DNA from: Verrucomicrobiota bacterium
Lineage (GTDB): Bacteria; Verrucomicrobiota; Verrucomicrobiia; Verrucomicrobiales; Akkermansiaceae
Assembly: GCA_046052105.1 (NCBI GenBank)
Contig: JBJOMZ010000001.1
Location: 596 to 64,595 of the forward strand
Direction: 5' to 3'
Length of the DNA stretch: 64,000 nt
A program made the position numbers and the translations under genes. The notes beneath the pieces are model-generated. The model was not told the origin of the DNA and searched no databases. It was given only the letters and a program-made list of their open reading frames with translations. Positions 49,719 to 58,480 of the stretch are shown here, piece by piece; the stretch's first letter is position 1, and every line of letters begins with the position of its first letter.

Positions 49719-50162
49719 CTATGCGCGCCGCAACAGCGGATTCCAAACTTTGGCAAAGCCCCAGCCTTGGAAATCTTTGACATTCGCTGTGGCAAAATGG
49801 GTCACGCCATGATGGCGCAAGGTGAGCGCCAGACGAGCATCGAAAATGCGACGTCGGGCAAAGTCCTTGGAGCCTGCGGCTTTCCACACTTGATCCATGA
49901 CAGAAGCATGCTCGACTCTTCTCACGTTGGGAATGTCCAGATAGGAAACCACCAGATCGCGGGCCGACTTGGCAGAGAGCGGATGGCTGAGCACGGCAGG
50001 ATTGCGCAACAGAACATAGAGCTCCGTCAGCACGTAGTCACACAGAACGATGCGTTTGCTGGCATCGCTGAAGCATTCCCGGAGAAAAGCCACCGCGGCT
50101 TCGTGCCCTTGCGACTCCGGATCCAGCGAATAGAGCAAAATGTTCGTATCGATGGCGATCAT
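49719..50162 (-). CDS. vapC: PIN-domain toxin VapC
   Basis: MIAIDTNILLY (first acidic residue), further conserved D/E residues, ~147 aa, and a 4-nt overlap with the upstream antitoxin. Confidence 0.85.
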   Translation of the reverse strand: MIAIDTNILLYSLDPESQGHEAAVAFLRECFSDASKRIVLCDYVLTELYVLLRNPAVLSHPLSAKSARDLVVSYLDIPNVRRVEHASVMDQVWKAAGSKDFARRRIFDARLALTLRHHGVTHFATANVKDFQGWGFAKVWNPLLRRA

Positions 50163-50413
50163 GGGATCATTTCACGGATTTCATCCATTTCCGCCAATGC
50201 CTTGAGATCCAGTTGTTCCCAACCGCGGCGAAAATCTCCTTTCTTCAGCACGGGCAACTGCCAGTCTGGCTTGATCGGTCTAACGGGATAGGCAACAGCC
50301 ATGTGTTCCAGTCCTCGCCGCACCACCTCGGCCAGCGACCACTCGCGTTGCTCGGCGATGGCCTTTGCCGTGTGATACAATTCGTCAGGAATTTGAATCT
50401 GCGTCTTGATCAT
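50159..50413 (-). CDS. vapB: Ribbon-helix-helix type antitoxin (VapB-like)
   Basis: N-terminal beta-strand/helix pattern MIKTQIQIPDELYHTAKAIAEQREWSLAEVVRRGLE. 84 aa. Confidence 0.75.
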   Translation of the reverse strand: MIKTQIQIPDELYHTAKAIAEQREWSLAEVVRRGLEHMAVAYPVRPIKPDWQLPVLKKGDFRRGWEQLDLKALAEMDEIREMIP

Positions 50414-50419
50414 GATGGC

Positions 50420-50447
50420 ATTTTACCATCAGTGGCATTTTTGTCAA
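50420..50447 (-). promoter_or_regulatory. vapBC promoter with an overlapping operator-like repeat
   Basis: On the minus strand: TTGACA, 16 nt, TAAAAT, then 6 nt to the ATG (leaderless-type geometry). Direct repeat tggcatttt x2 (50416-50424 and 50433-50441) and inverted repeat tgatgg/ccatca (50413-50431). Confidence 0.55.
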
Positions 50448-50523
50448 CATCGGGACACAGCCGTATCATGATCGCCACGTATCCTGACTTGTCAGAAGGC
50501 ATGTTCCGTGATAACGGTCTCGC

Positions 50524-51135
50524 ATGTCGCGCGAGTCGATCCTAGCCAAAATCAAACAAGCCACTGAGGGCATTGCGGAAAAAGCGGAATATCCTGCGTA
50601 TGAGGTCACGGATTTGCATTCGGCACCGCGGTTGGAGGGCACGGGTCTGTGGGAAATTTTCGATCGCAATTTCCGCGCGGTGAATGGCAAGACGATGCGC
50701 TCCTGCGAGGAGTTGATTGCCTTTTTGCAAAGCACCCAACAAACCACCGGATACTGTGATCCTGCGCTGTGGGATGCGGTGGGTCGTGCATTGCAACAAG
50801 CGGGATTCACAGTGGAAACCGAATACCATCGCGAGCACTATGACCGTTATCAATTCGGCATCACGCGGGCGACGGGAGCGATTGCTGAGTCCGGCAGTTT
50901 GATTCTCGATGACGACCATACCTCCGATCGACTGGCGGCTCTTTCACCTTGGACTCACGTGGCGGTGCTGGCGGAGACATCCATCCACCGCACCATTCCC
51001 GATGCCGTGGTCGCCCTAGGACAGGCGCCGAACATCATCTGGGCCACGGGACCATCGAAAACCGCGGACGTGGAAGGCATCCTCATCGAGGGTGTGCACG
51101 GCCCTGGCGAGCAAATCGCCTTGTGTCTGGCCTAG
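50524..51135 (+). CDS. LUD-domain protein (LutC/YkgG family)
   Basis: ~200 aa. MSRESILAKIKQA start and GITRATGAIAESGSLIL, typical of LutC-like proteins. Confidence 0.7.
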   Translation: MSRESILAKIKQATEGIAEKAEYPAYEVTDLHSAPRLEGTGLWEIFDRNFRAVNGKTMRSCEELIAFLQSTQQTTGYCDPALWDAVGRALQQAGFTVETEYHREHYDRYQFGITRATGAIAESGSLILDDDHTSDRLAALSPWTHVAVLAETSIHRTIPDAVVALGQAPNIIWATGPSKTADVEGILIEGVHGPGEQIALCLA

Positions 51136-51175
51136 TGTTGGCTTTTTTCAGAATAGCGCACCCTGCGCAGAGAAA

Positions 51176-53356
51176 TTAGCCTTTCTTTTTGCTCAGCAGG
51201 ATTTCCAGATCGGGATTCGGCTGGGCGCCGTGAAGCAAAGCCTCCTGATAGTATCCTTTGGCCTCCTTGATGCGTCCATCGCGCTGACATAGCACGGCGA
51301 GGTTGTGCAGGGCCTCGGATGATTGCGGCGTGAGCGCGATCGCTTTTTGATAGGCGCGCTCCGCTTCCGGTGCGCGCTTCAATCGCAGCAGGGTGTTGCC
51401 GTAGATTGTGTAGCCAGCGGCATCGTTCGGGTCGATTTCCAAGGCTTTTACCAGCGATGTCTCCGCTTGAGCTAGGTCGCCCATTTTGTAAAGGGCCAAG
51501 CCTAACAGTCGATGGGACAAAGAACGCGATTCGTCGTTCTCCACAGCTGTGCGCAAGATTTCCGAGGCGGCCACGGGGTCATTGAGGCGCAGTTGCACAA
51601 TGCCGAGTTTCGTCATGGTGGGCACGTGTCCAGGGTGGAGGTCGAGGATCATTTCCAAGACTTCTCGAGAAGCACTCAAGCGATCCGATCCAAATGCGCG
51701 CACGGCCGCTTTGGTGTAATCGTCGATCTGCTGGTGCATCTCGCTGGTGGCAGCGCTGACGCGGGCTTTGCTACCGGCGTAGGGTGAGTAAATTTCCCCA
51801 TCTACCTTGCGTGCCTCGATGATTTTCTGCTCATCGGCCGTGAGAGTGATTTCCTGATCGGTCAACAAGGCCAGGGCTTCGTCGTAATTCGCATCACCCG
51901 TGGTGGTTTGTTTTTTCGCGGCATCGAGCAGCAGTTGCGCGGCCTGTTTGCGACGTTCCTGAACACGCAACTGGCGTTTGATGATATCGCGCAGGGTTTC
52001 CGCCTCCTCGCTGCTGGCGGCGGCCTCACCCGCGGCGAGAGCTTTTTCATTGCTTTGCAGTTGTTTTTCGAGATCGGCGACGCGCTGTTCCTGGGCACGT
52101 TTTTCCGTCTGCAGCGCGATGATTTTGGTTTTGGTGATTGCCAGATCGCGCAGGGCCTCGGTGAGCTGATCGTTGGTTTCGTCGTTGTTTTTGCTCAGGC
52201 GCTCCACGCGTTCCTTGGCTTCGCGCAGTTCCTTCGCAAGGCCCATGTTTTGTTCGATGAGCTGTTGGATTCTGCCGCTCTCGTTGAGTTTGAGGAGCGC
52301 GGCCATGTGATCGCGTTCGCGCAACAGGTCATCGCGTTCGGTGCGCAGTTCCTGGTAGGCATCCTGGCTCTCCTGCAATTGTTTTTGCAATGAAGCCACA
52401 CGCTGGTTGGCGGAGGCGATTTCCGTATCCTTTTGTTTGACGGTTTGTTCCAGTTGTTGGAGTTGCTGAATTTGCGCCGCGGTCACCTCGTTGGATTTCT
52501 TCCGCTCCAATTCCATGTTGCGTTGCAAGTCGGCGGCCTGTTGGCGCACTGCTTGGTAATCGGCCTGCAAGGTGGCCATTTTCGCCTGAGTTTGCAATTG
52601 CTGTTCGCGGCTTTGTGATAGTGCCATGCCCATGGCTTGACGTTCCTGCTCCAGAGAGCGGAGTCGTTCGTTGAGGCGGTCCATTTCCGATTGCACGGGC
52701 GCCGTGGCCATTTTCGCGCGCAGGGCCTCGAGTTCAGTGGTGCTTTGGCTGAGCCGCGCGTTGAGATCGTCGCGTTGTTTTGCCAGGTCGTTGGCGCGCG
52801 CCGCTTCGCGCGATACCTGATTTGAGGGGGCGGCGAGGGCGGCACGCAGTCGTTTGACCTCGGCTTCCAGCGCCTTCATTTTCGCATTTTCGATTTCGAT
52901 CGAAGGAGTAGGAGGCGTGGGCTTGGGCGTGGGTGTAGGTGTGGGCATTGGCGCCACCGGGAGGGTTTTGCCGCCACTTTCCACGATTTCCGCAACAGCG
53001 ATTTCTTCTTTTTTCTGCTGAGACTGGGCCAGCGGTTGGACTTTGGTGATCTGATCCTTGGTCAAGGTCAGGCGATCTCCGACCATGTCTTTTTTCCATT
53101 CCGGATGGAAGCGATGGATGGTTTGGAAAAATTTTTCCGCGCTCTGGAGTTTGCCCAGAGCTTCCGCGTGCCGGCCCTGTTTTTGCAAGGTTTCTGCCTC
53201 CCGCACATACAACCAAGCCTGGTAATAGACATCGGCGGGGTCGAAATTCGGTTGTGCGGGTGCCTTGGCGCTGGGAGCCTGCGCCATTATGGGCATCGTG
53301 AGTCCGGCGCTGACCAGGAACAGCGTGAGCCAAGCAAAGGCGGAAACGTAGCGCAT
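51176..53356 (-). CDS. Secreted TPR + long coiled-coil + TPR protein
   Basis: Signal peptide from the internal ATG 53356 (MRYVSAFAWLTLFLVSAGLTMPIMAQA). ~350-aa heptad-rich Q/E/L/R region. C-terminal TPR repeats (...ALEIDPNDAAGY...AYQKAIALTPQSSEALHNLA...). Confidence 0.7.
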   Translation of the reverse strand: MRYVSAFAWLTLFLVSAGLTMPIMAQAPSAKAPAQPNFDPADVYYQAWLYVREAETLQKQGRHAEALGKLQSAEKFFQTIHRFHPEWKKDMVGDRLTLTKDQITKVQPLAQSQQKKEEIAVAEIVESGGKTLPVAPMPTPTPTPKPTPPTPSIEIENAKMKALEAEVKRLRAALAAPSNQVSREAARANDLAKQRDDLNARLSQSTTELEALRAKMATAPVQSEMDRLNERLRSLEQERQAMGMALSQSREQQLQTQAKMATLQADYQAVRQQAADLQRNMELERKKSNEVTAAQIQQLQQLEQTVKQKDTEIASANQRVASLQKQLQESQDAYQELRTERDDLLRERDHMAALLKLNESGRIQQLIEQNMGLAKELREAKERVERLSKNNDETNDQLTEALRDLAITKTKIIALQTEKRAQEQRVADLEKQLQSNEKALAAGEAAASSEEAETLRDIIKRQLRVQERRKQAAQLLLDAAKKQTTTGDANYDEALALLTDQEITLTADEQKIIEARKVDGEIYSPYAGSKARVSAATSEMHQQIDDYTKAAVRAFGSDRLSASREVLEMILDLHPGHVPTMTKLGIVQLRLNDPVAASEILRTAVENDESRSLSHRLLGLALYKMGDLAQAETSLVKALEIDPNDAAGYTIYGNTLLRLKRAPEAERAYQKAIALTPQSSEALHNLAVLCQRDGRIKEAKGYYQEALLHGAQPNPDLEILLSKKKG

Positions 53357-53695
53357 GGCAGAAGGATAGCGTGGTTTTGCTTGGAGGGAAGCAGGATTTT
53401 TTGGGGTGGTCACACGGCGATCAAGTGAGGGAAACGGATACGATCTAACGACTTTTGACAACTCATAGTTATGAACTCACTCGTTATTTCAGCCCAATCG
53501 AACAGAATTTCAGAATTTTTCAGAATTTACAGAAGCGAAAAATGTGGAAAATCCGTGGTTTCCAGTTTCCCGTGATAAAAAATTCAGTGATTTCAGTGGA
53601 TCCCAGTATATCAGTGGTACATAGCAAAAATTACGGTTGTCGATCGATTCCCTGGCTTGATCGCCGTGGGGGGAGCCTCCCATTGTTCGGTTACA

Positions 53696-54589
53696 TCAAT
53701 ACTTGCGTGGACGCTTGCGCGCCTGATGTCGACCCGCTTTTTTGGCTGGGGGCTCGCGATCGAAGCTGCGCTTGAAGGCGGACTTGCGTGCGGTTTTTTT
53801 TGCGGCGGGCATGGCGGATTTGCGCGCCGACTTTTTCGCGGTTGCGGTTTTGGCATCGCCGCGCACCTGCGACTTCGGTGCTACATTTTCCGGATTGGTG
53901 CTAGCCTTGAGAATTTCTTCATCGCCCAGCAATTGGTAGCGCCCTACTTCCAGATCGCCGCCCCACAGGGTGCCGATGCGCACGCGGACGAGTTTGGTCA
54001 CTTGGTAGCCGAGGGCCTCGTGCATCACGCGGATCTGCCGTTTGGCTCCCTGATCGAGAACCATGGAGATGCGCCGCGCGCTCATACGGCGCAGGGATTT
54101 GGCGCTGAATTTGCCATCTTTGCAGTAAACGCCGGAGAGGAACAATTCGAGGTGCTCTTGCAAATACGGTTGATTGCTAGTGACGAGGTATTCCTTCTCC
54201 ACCTTGTTGCGTGGATGCATCAGGCGCTGGGTCAGATCACCGTCATTCGTCAGCAGCAGTAGACCTTCGGACTCGGCATCGAGTCGCCCCACGTGATGCA
54301 AATGTTGCAAGGCCACGGGCAAGAGCGAGTAAATCGTGTCGCGCCCATTTTCATCCTCCTTGGTGCAAACCAGTCCGCGCGGTTTGTTGAAGAGGATTGT
54401 GGTGGTGCGACGCAGGGTCACGCGCTTGCCGTCCACCCGCACGTGATCGCCGTCCTTGATCTGCGTGCCCGGTTTGAGACAGGGGTGACCGTTCACTTCG
54501 ACATGACCATCCAGAATCAACGCGTCACAACCGCGGCGCGAATCGATCCCGCAGGCGGCCAAGTATTTGTTCAAACGGGTGGTTTCCAT
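53696..54589 (-). CDS. Pseudouridine synthase, RsuA/RluB family, with S4 domain and Lys-rich tail
   Basis: S4 domain (RLNKYLAACGIDSRRGCDALI), catalytic HVGRLDAESEGLLLLTNDG, and a basic C-terminal tail. The start is at METTRLNKY; the longer ORF would overlap the upstream small gene. Confidence 0.85.
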   Translation of the reverse strand: METTRLNKYLAACGIDSRRGCDALILDGHVEVNGHPCLKPGTQIKDGDHVRVDGKRVTLRRTTTILFNKPRGLVCTKEDENGRDTIYSLLPVALQHLHHVGRLDAESEGLLLLTNDGDLTQRLMHPRNKVEKEYLVTSNQPYLQEHLELFLSGVYCKDGKFSAKSLRRMSARRISMVLDQGAKRQIRVMHEALGYQVTKLVRVRIGTLWGGDLEVGRYQLLGDEEILKASTNPENVAPKSQVRGDAKTATAKKSARKSAMPAAKKTARKSAFKRSFDREPPAKKAGRHQARKRPRKY

Positions 54590-54696
54590 AAGGGCGGAGA
54601 CTGGCAAGAAAAAAGGCGCGGATCCGAGCAGACCCGCGCTTGTCGAAAAAGAATCATCACGGAAGGCAGGCGCGATGTTGCCAACGCGCCGATGAA

Positions 54697-54852
54697 TCAG
54701 CCCTCGTGCTTGGTTTTGGGCAGACCGATGGGGCTGCGACCTTGCTTCCACTGACCGCGCTCTTTCATGAGCTTCACGCGTTCAAAGCGCTTGAGAACGG
54801 AACGCTTGCCACCCACTGTGGAAGCTGACTTGAGACTGTTGTGCTTGGACAT
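54697..54852 (-). CDS. Small basic protein (51 aa), resembling the Chlamydiae/Verrucomicrobia small basic protein family
   Basis: Absent from the ORF track. Hand translation: MSKHNSLKSASTVGGKRSVLKRFERVKLMKERGQWKQGRSPIGLPKTKHEG. ATG at 54852, stop at 54697-54699. Family identity is from memory. Confidence 0.6.
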   Translation of the reverse strand: MSKHNSLKSASTVGGKRSVLKRFERVKLMKERGQWKQGRSPIGLPKTKHEG

Positions 54853-55031
54853 AACTGGGGAAAGTTGGAGTTGCGGGGCGCGAAGCTAGGGGCATGTCCA
54901 CCCTAGCGCAAGCACAAAATCGGGTTTTTTTAGAACTTTTGCGCCGAGAGGGTAAATTTTTGGAGGGTAGTGAATCCCCCGTGGGTCAAGTGGTGGTGCG
55001 AATTTCAAATGGAACTCTCACTTTGCATCAA

Positions 55032-56186
55032 TTACGGTGATGTTCCGACAGCGCCTTCGACGAGCCTTCGCCAGCGCGGGGCGGCTATCGCGACGTTTTC
55101 TTCGAGCAAGGAGGCGGCGTGGGAGAAGGTGAAGTCCAGCGGATGACCGAGCGATACCAGATCGATGGCATCGGCGAAGATCTCACTGGCGCGCAGTTCC
55201 TCCGTGCACACGCCTGCCACCGCCACGCAGGGCACGCCGTGTTCGCGGGCGATCTTGGCGATCCCCACGGGGCCTTTGCCGGAAAGCGATTGGGCATCGA
55301 GCGAGCCCTCGCCTGTGATGACCAGATCGACCTCAGCCACACGTTGGTGAAGAGCGCAAATGTCCGCGACCATGGTGAAACCGGACAACAATCGGGCACC
55401 TGCAAAAGCCATGAGCCCGAAGCCCAGACCTCCCGCCGCTCCCGCGCCGGGAAAATTCGCATGCTGTGCTGAGCCGCTTTGCTCGGCTAGGTTCTGCAGA
55501 AAGGCATCGAGCTCGGACACCTGCGCGGGTGTGGCGCCTTTTTGCGGGCCGTAGATCGCGCTCGCTCCTCTTTCGCCGCAGAGAGGATTGTCCACATCAC
55601 AGGCCGCTAGCACCGGCGGGAGTGTGATGCAGTGGGAAAAATCCACGTGCGCGAGCCGGTGCAGTGCCGCGGGTGTCGCATCCAAGGCGTTTCCCGCAGC
55701 ATCCAAAAAACGCACACCCAATGCCGCTGCCATGCCCGCGCCGCCATCGTTCGTCGCCGAGCCACCGATGCCGACGATGATTTGATCGACCGCATGATTC
55801 TCGATGGCGTGACGCATGAGCTCGCCCGTGCCGAATGTGGAAGCGCGCATGATGTCGCGTTCTGACGCTTCGATGCGCCACATGCCGCTGGCCGCAGCCA
55901 TCTCGATGACGGCGATCGTTTTTCCATCGCGCGAGACCATGCCGTATTCGGCGGAAATTTCCCTTCCCAGGGCATCGTGGCACGAAGCCCTGATTGTATT
56001 GCCGCGCATGGCGGAAACGAGGGTATTGACAAAACCTTCGCCACCGTCCGCGATCGGGCACAGATCTGCTTCCCAGACCTCGCCAAGCCCGCGTCGCACA
56101 GCCGCGCAGGCCTCGATCGCGGACAGCGAGCCCTTGAATTTATCGCAGGCGATGAGGGCGAGCGGACGGCGGGAATCGCGGTTCAT
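55032..56186 (-). CDS. Glycerate kinase
   Basis: IACDKFKGSLSA, CPIADGGEG and LVITGEGSLDAQSLSGKGP. The start is at MNRDSRRP (56186). Confidence 0.9.
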   Translation of the reverse strand: MNRDSRRPLALIACDKFKGSLSAIEACAAVRRGLGEVWEADLCPIADGGEGFVNTLVSAMRGNTIRASCHDALGREISAEYGMVSRDGKTIAVIEMAAASGMWRIEASERDIMRASTFGTGELMRHAIENHAVDQIIVGIGGSATNDGGAGMAAALGVRFLDAAGNALDATPAALHRLAHVDFSHCITLPPVLAACDVDNPLCGERGASAIYGPQKGATPAQVSELDAFLQNLAEQSGSAQHANFPGAGAAGGLGFGLMAFAGARLLSGFTMVADICALHQRVAEVDLVITGEGSLDAQSLSGKGPVGIAKIAREHGVPCVAVAGVCTEELRASEIFADAIDLVSLGHPLDFTFSHAASLLEENVAIAAPRWRRLVEGAVGTSP

Positions 56187-56245
56187 GTGCGGGATATTTT
56201 GGCGATGCACCCGACCCGGTGTCAATGCGCCTTCCTGAAAAACTC

Positions 56246-56974
56246 TTACGGTTTGCGGAATGTCTGAAGTGTGGTCTTCAATTCGAAGCCTTCTGGCGTT
56301 GGCCGCACCTGCACCTTTGTGCGGTATAGATCAGGCGCCTCGCCCGTGAGAGAGCCAATTTCGATCACGCCTTCGGAGCCCGGCTCCAACATTACGGTAG
56401 GCATCGATAGCGCGGCATCGGCCGGCCATTTCTCCTGAGTGTCGCTGATGTCTTGTGCGTTCCAGATTTCGCCCTGGTTGTGAAGCCGCGCTTCCTTTCC
56501 GAGCAAGCTCTGCATCCCTGCTTGCTCGATTTGTTGGTCATCCAGACCATAGGTGCGGCTTGCCAATTTGATTTGCCCTTCCGGAACATCCTGGCCCCCA
56601 GATTCGGGAGTGAGAATGGTGAAAAGCCTCTTGCCGTTCGCATCGCGTTCACCTGCCACCACGACCGATGATCCGCGGGGAACGACAGTGTGGATCACAT
56701 GCTGATGAACCAGATGTTCGTCCGTGAATGCATGATCCGAGGCTTCGGGCGCATTGGAGCGCGCTGTGGCTTCTCCTTCCTTGCGATGGCTCGACGATCT
56801 TGATGCCGCCGCATGGGTGGTTTTTTCCGCATCGTGATGAGATGTCATCGGAAGCTGGCCTACTGTGACCGAAGCTGAGGCGGTATGCGACGTCGTGGTT
56901 CTGGATCGCGACCATAGTTGCCAAAAAATCAGCACGAGAAAGGCGGGAATCAGGAAGCGAAATAACTTTTTCAT
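56246..56974 (-). CDS. Hypothetical membrane-anchored protein
   Basis: N-terminal TM segment (FLIPAFLVLIFWQLW), a Ser/Thr/His-rich linker and a C-terminal globular part. No family recognised. Confidence 0.5.
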   Translation of the reverse strand: MKKLFRFLIPAFLVLIFWQLWSRSRTTTSHTASASVTVGQLPMTSHHDAEKTTHAAASRSSSHRKEGEATARSNAPEASDHAFTDEHLVHQHVIHTVVPRGSSVVVAGERDANGKRLFTILTPESGGQDVPEGQIKLASRTYGLDDQQIEQAGMQSLLGKEARLHNQGEIWNAQDISDTQEKWPADAALSMPTVMLEPGSEGVIEIGSLTGEAPDLYRTKVQVRPTPEGFELKTTLQTFRKP

Positions 56975-57067
56975 GTCGGAATGGTAAATCCGCCGATGGA
57001 AGGATTTGTTAACATTTTCCGCCGCATTTGCACGGAGTAAGATTCCGTCAGGAAACGATGAATTTTT

Positions 57068-58015
57068 TTACGATTCATCAAAAAAAACAACGGGTAAGAA
57101 CGAAGGCGGCTTGCCCGTTGCGGAACTCACATGTTTCATCCATCCGATTTTATTGTCGTTGGTCACGACCAAAAAATCCAACTGCGCATCATCATCCCAA
57201 TCGAAGGGAAGTGCTGATTCCAAGGTGCTGTTTCCTAGCATTTCACCTGCCGCATAGAGAGGTTCGGAATTGGTATTACGATTTTCATAGTAGATCAGTC
57301 GGCCTGCGGCATTGAGGCAAATCAGGTCCAGGTCATCATCCTCGTCCATATTGGCAAAGTGCGGCGAGCGGATGCCGGTTGAGTCGAATTCCTTGCCATC
57401 GGCTTGCAGAACAAAAGGGCTGGCGTAGCCACCATCGGCGCGGCCGTAAAAGATTCTCGCCTTCGTATCGGTAGCGCTTTGGGAAAAAACAATCACGTCG
57501 TTGTGCCCGTCACCATTGTAATCGGCCAGTGTCCAGATGTTGGGCGCGGGTGGTGCAGTGGGCAGTTGGATTCGTTGCTTGTGCATCAGTCCTTTCTGAG
57601 GATCGAGGGTGTGCTCGCATCCCGGTGATACGAGGCGAATCTTGCCATCAGCAAAAGCAACCGTGAGACCCGGCATGGCATCGCCGATGCGCTTGGCTGG
57701 CAGGAAGCCAGATGTTCCCTCTCCTTTCGATTTTTCATACACAAAAAGGCCGGGCTGTTTGCCGTCCGTGATCGAGTGATACAGGAAACCCTGATGCGGA
57801 AAAATCCATTGCTCGGCGAAGCACGACATGGTGAAGGTGAAAGTCATGATCCCCGTCGCCCAACCACGCATGCTGCGCCGCACCGAACCGAAGAGGGCAA
57901 GCACTGGCAGCGATGGGGAAATAACATTCATGACAATTGCAGGAGAATCATTTTCTAGCACGAGTGGAGACGAGTGGCAAATGTTCAAGCCGTCATCATC
58001 TCGTGAAAGAAACAT
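57068..58015 (-). CDS. FG-GAP/VCBS repeat-containing protein
   Basis: Ca-binding repeat signatures DYNGDGHNDVIVF, NMDEDDDLDLICL and FDWDDDAQLDFLVV. The start is uncertain (alternative ATG near 57931). Confidence 0.6.
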   Translation of the reverse strand: MFLSRDDDGLNICHSSPLVLENDSPAIVMNVISPSLPVLALFGSVRRSMRGWATGIMTFTFTMSCFAEQWIFPHQGFLYHSITDGKQPGLFVYEKSKGEGTSGFLPAKRIGDAMPGLTVAFADGKIRLVSPGCEHTLDPQKGLMHKQRIQLPTAPPAPNIWTLADYNGDGHNDVIVFSQSATDTKARIFYGRADGGYASPFVLQADGKEFDSTGIRSPHFANMDEDDDLDLICLNAAGRLIYYENRNTNSEPLYAAGEMLGNSTLESALPFDWDDDAQLDFLVVTNDNKIGWMKHVSSATGKPPSFLPVVFFDES

Positions 58016-58480
58016 GGTTTAGTTCAGTGGGCTCTTGTCATGGCATGAATTCCGCATTGCAACTCAAACCGCTGCATGAACGAATCGTTCCAAGAGCCGG
58101 TGAAAAAAGGTGGGTGGGTCGCTCCGTCGGATTTCACCGCTGCGCCGAATCGCCATGATGCAACAAAAAGCGCTGTTTCTCCGTGGCGGAAAATGGCAAG
58201 CACCCGCAGATGATGGAACCCTCGCACGAAAAGTTGTTGGTAATAAAACTGCGAACCAGTCACCAGAAGACGAAGTCCCATCATTTTTGAGCGATGGAGT
58301 TTTGAAAGGGCTTTCACTTGAGATATTCCTCGATTTTTTGACCAACAGCAACACCGAGAATGTTCACATCATGGTCTGTAGAGAGTTAAGGAAAACTTCT
58401 CTGCCCTGAGCATAAAGAGACAGTCCTGCGCTTGTCGCCACAAGCAAGATTACGATCGTTTTCGTGATGGTTTCAAACGA

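Noticed and set aside
48135-50291. ORFs inside the repeat cluster with recurring peptides such as MKRPVGTQG (48135..48434, 48329..48694, 48481..48852, 49181..49549, 49304..49795, 49389..50291)
   Set aside because: They occur on both strands and in several frames, simply mirroring the repeat units. The 300-aa ORF 49389..50291 also runs antisense to vapC/vapB. These are non-coding repeat artefacts.
51136-51175. Possible terminator between the convergent LutC-like and TPR genes (gcgca-ccc-tgcgc)
   Set aside because: The stem is only 5 bp, with no flanking T-run on either strand.
58024-58409. ORFs 58024..58317 (-) and 58110..58409 (+) in the 465-bp gap between the FG-GAP and sulfatase genes
   Set aside because: They are mutually overlapping, have no recognisable motif or signal, and neither is clearly coding. 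The region is left unassigned.
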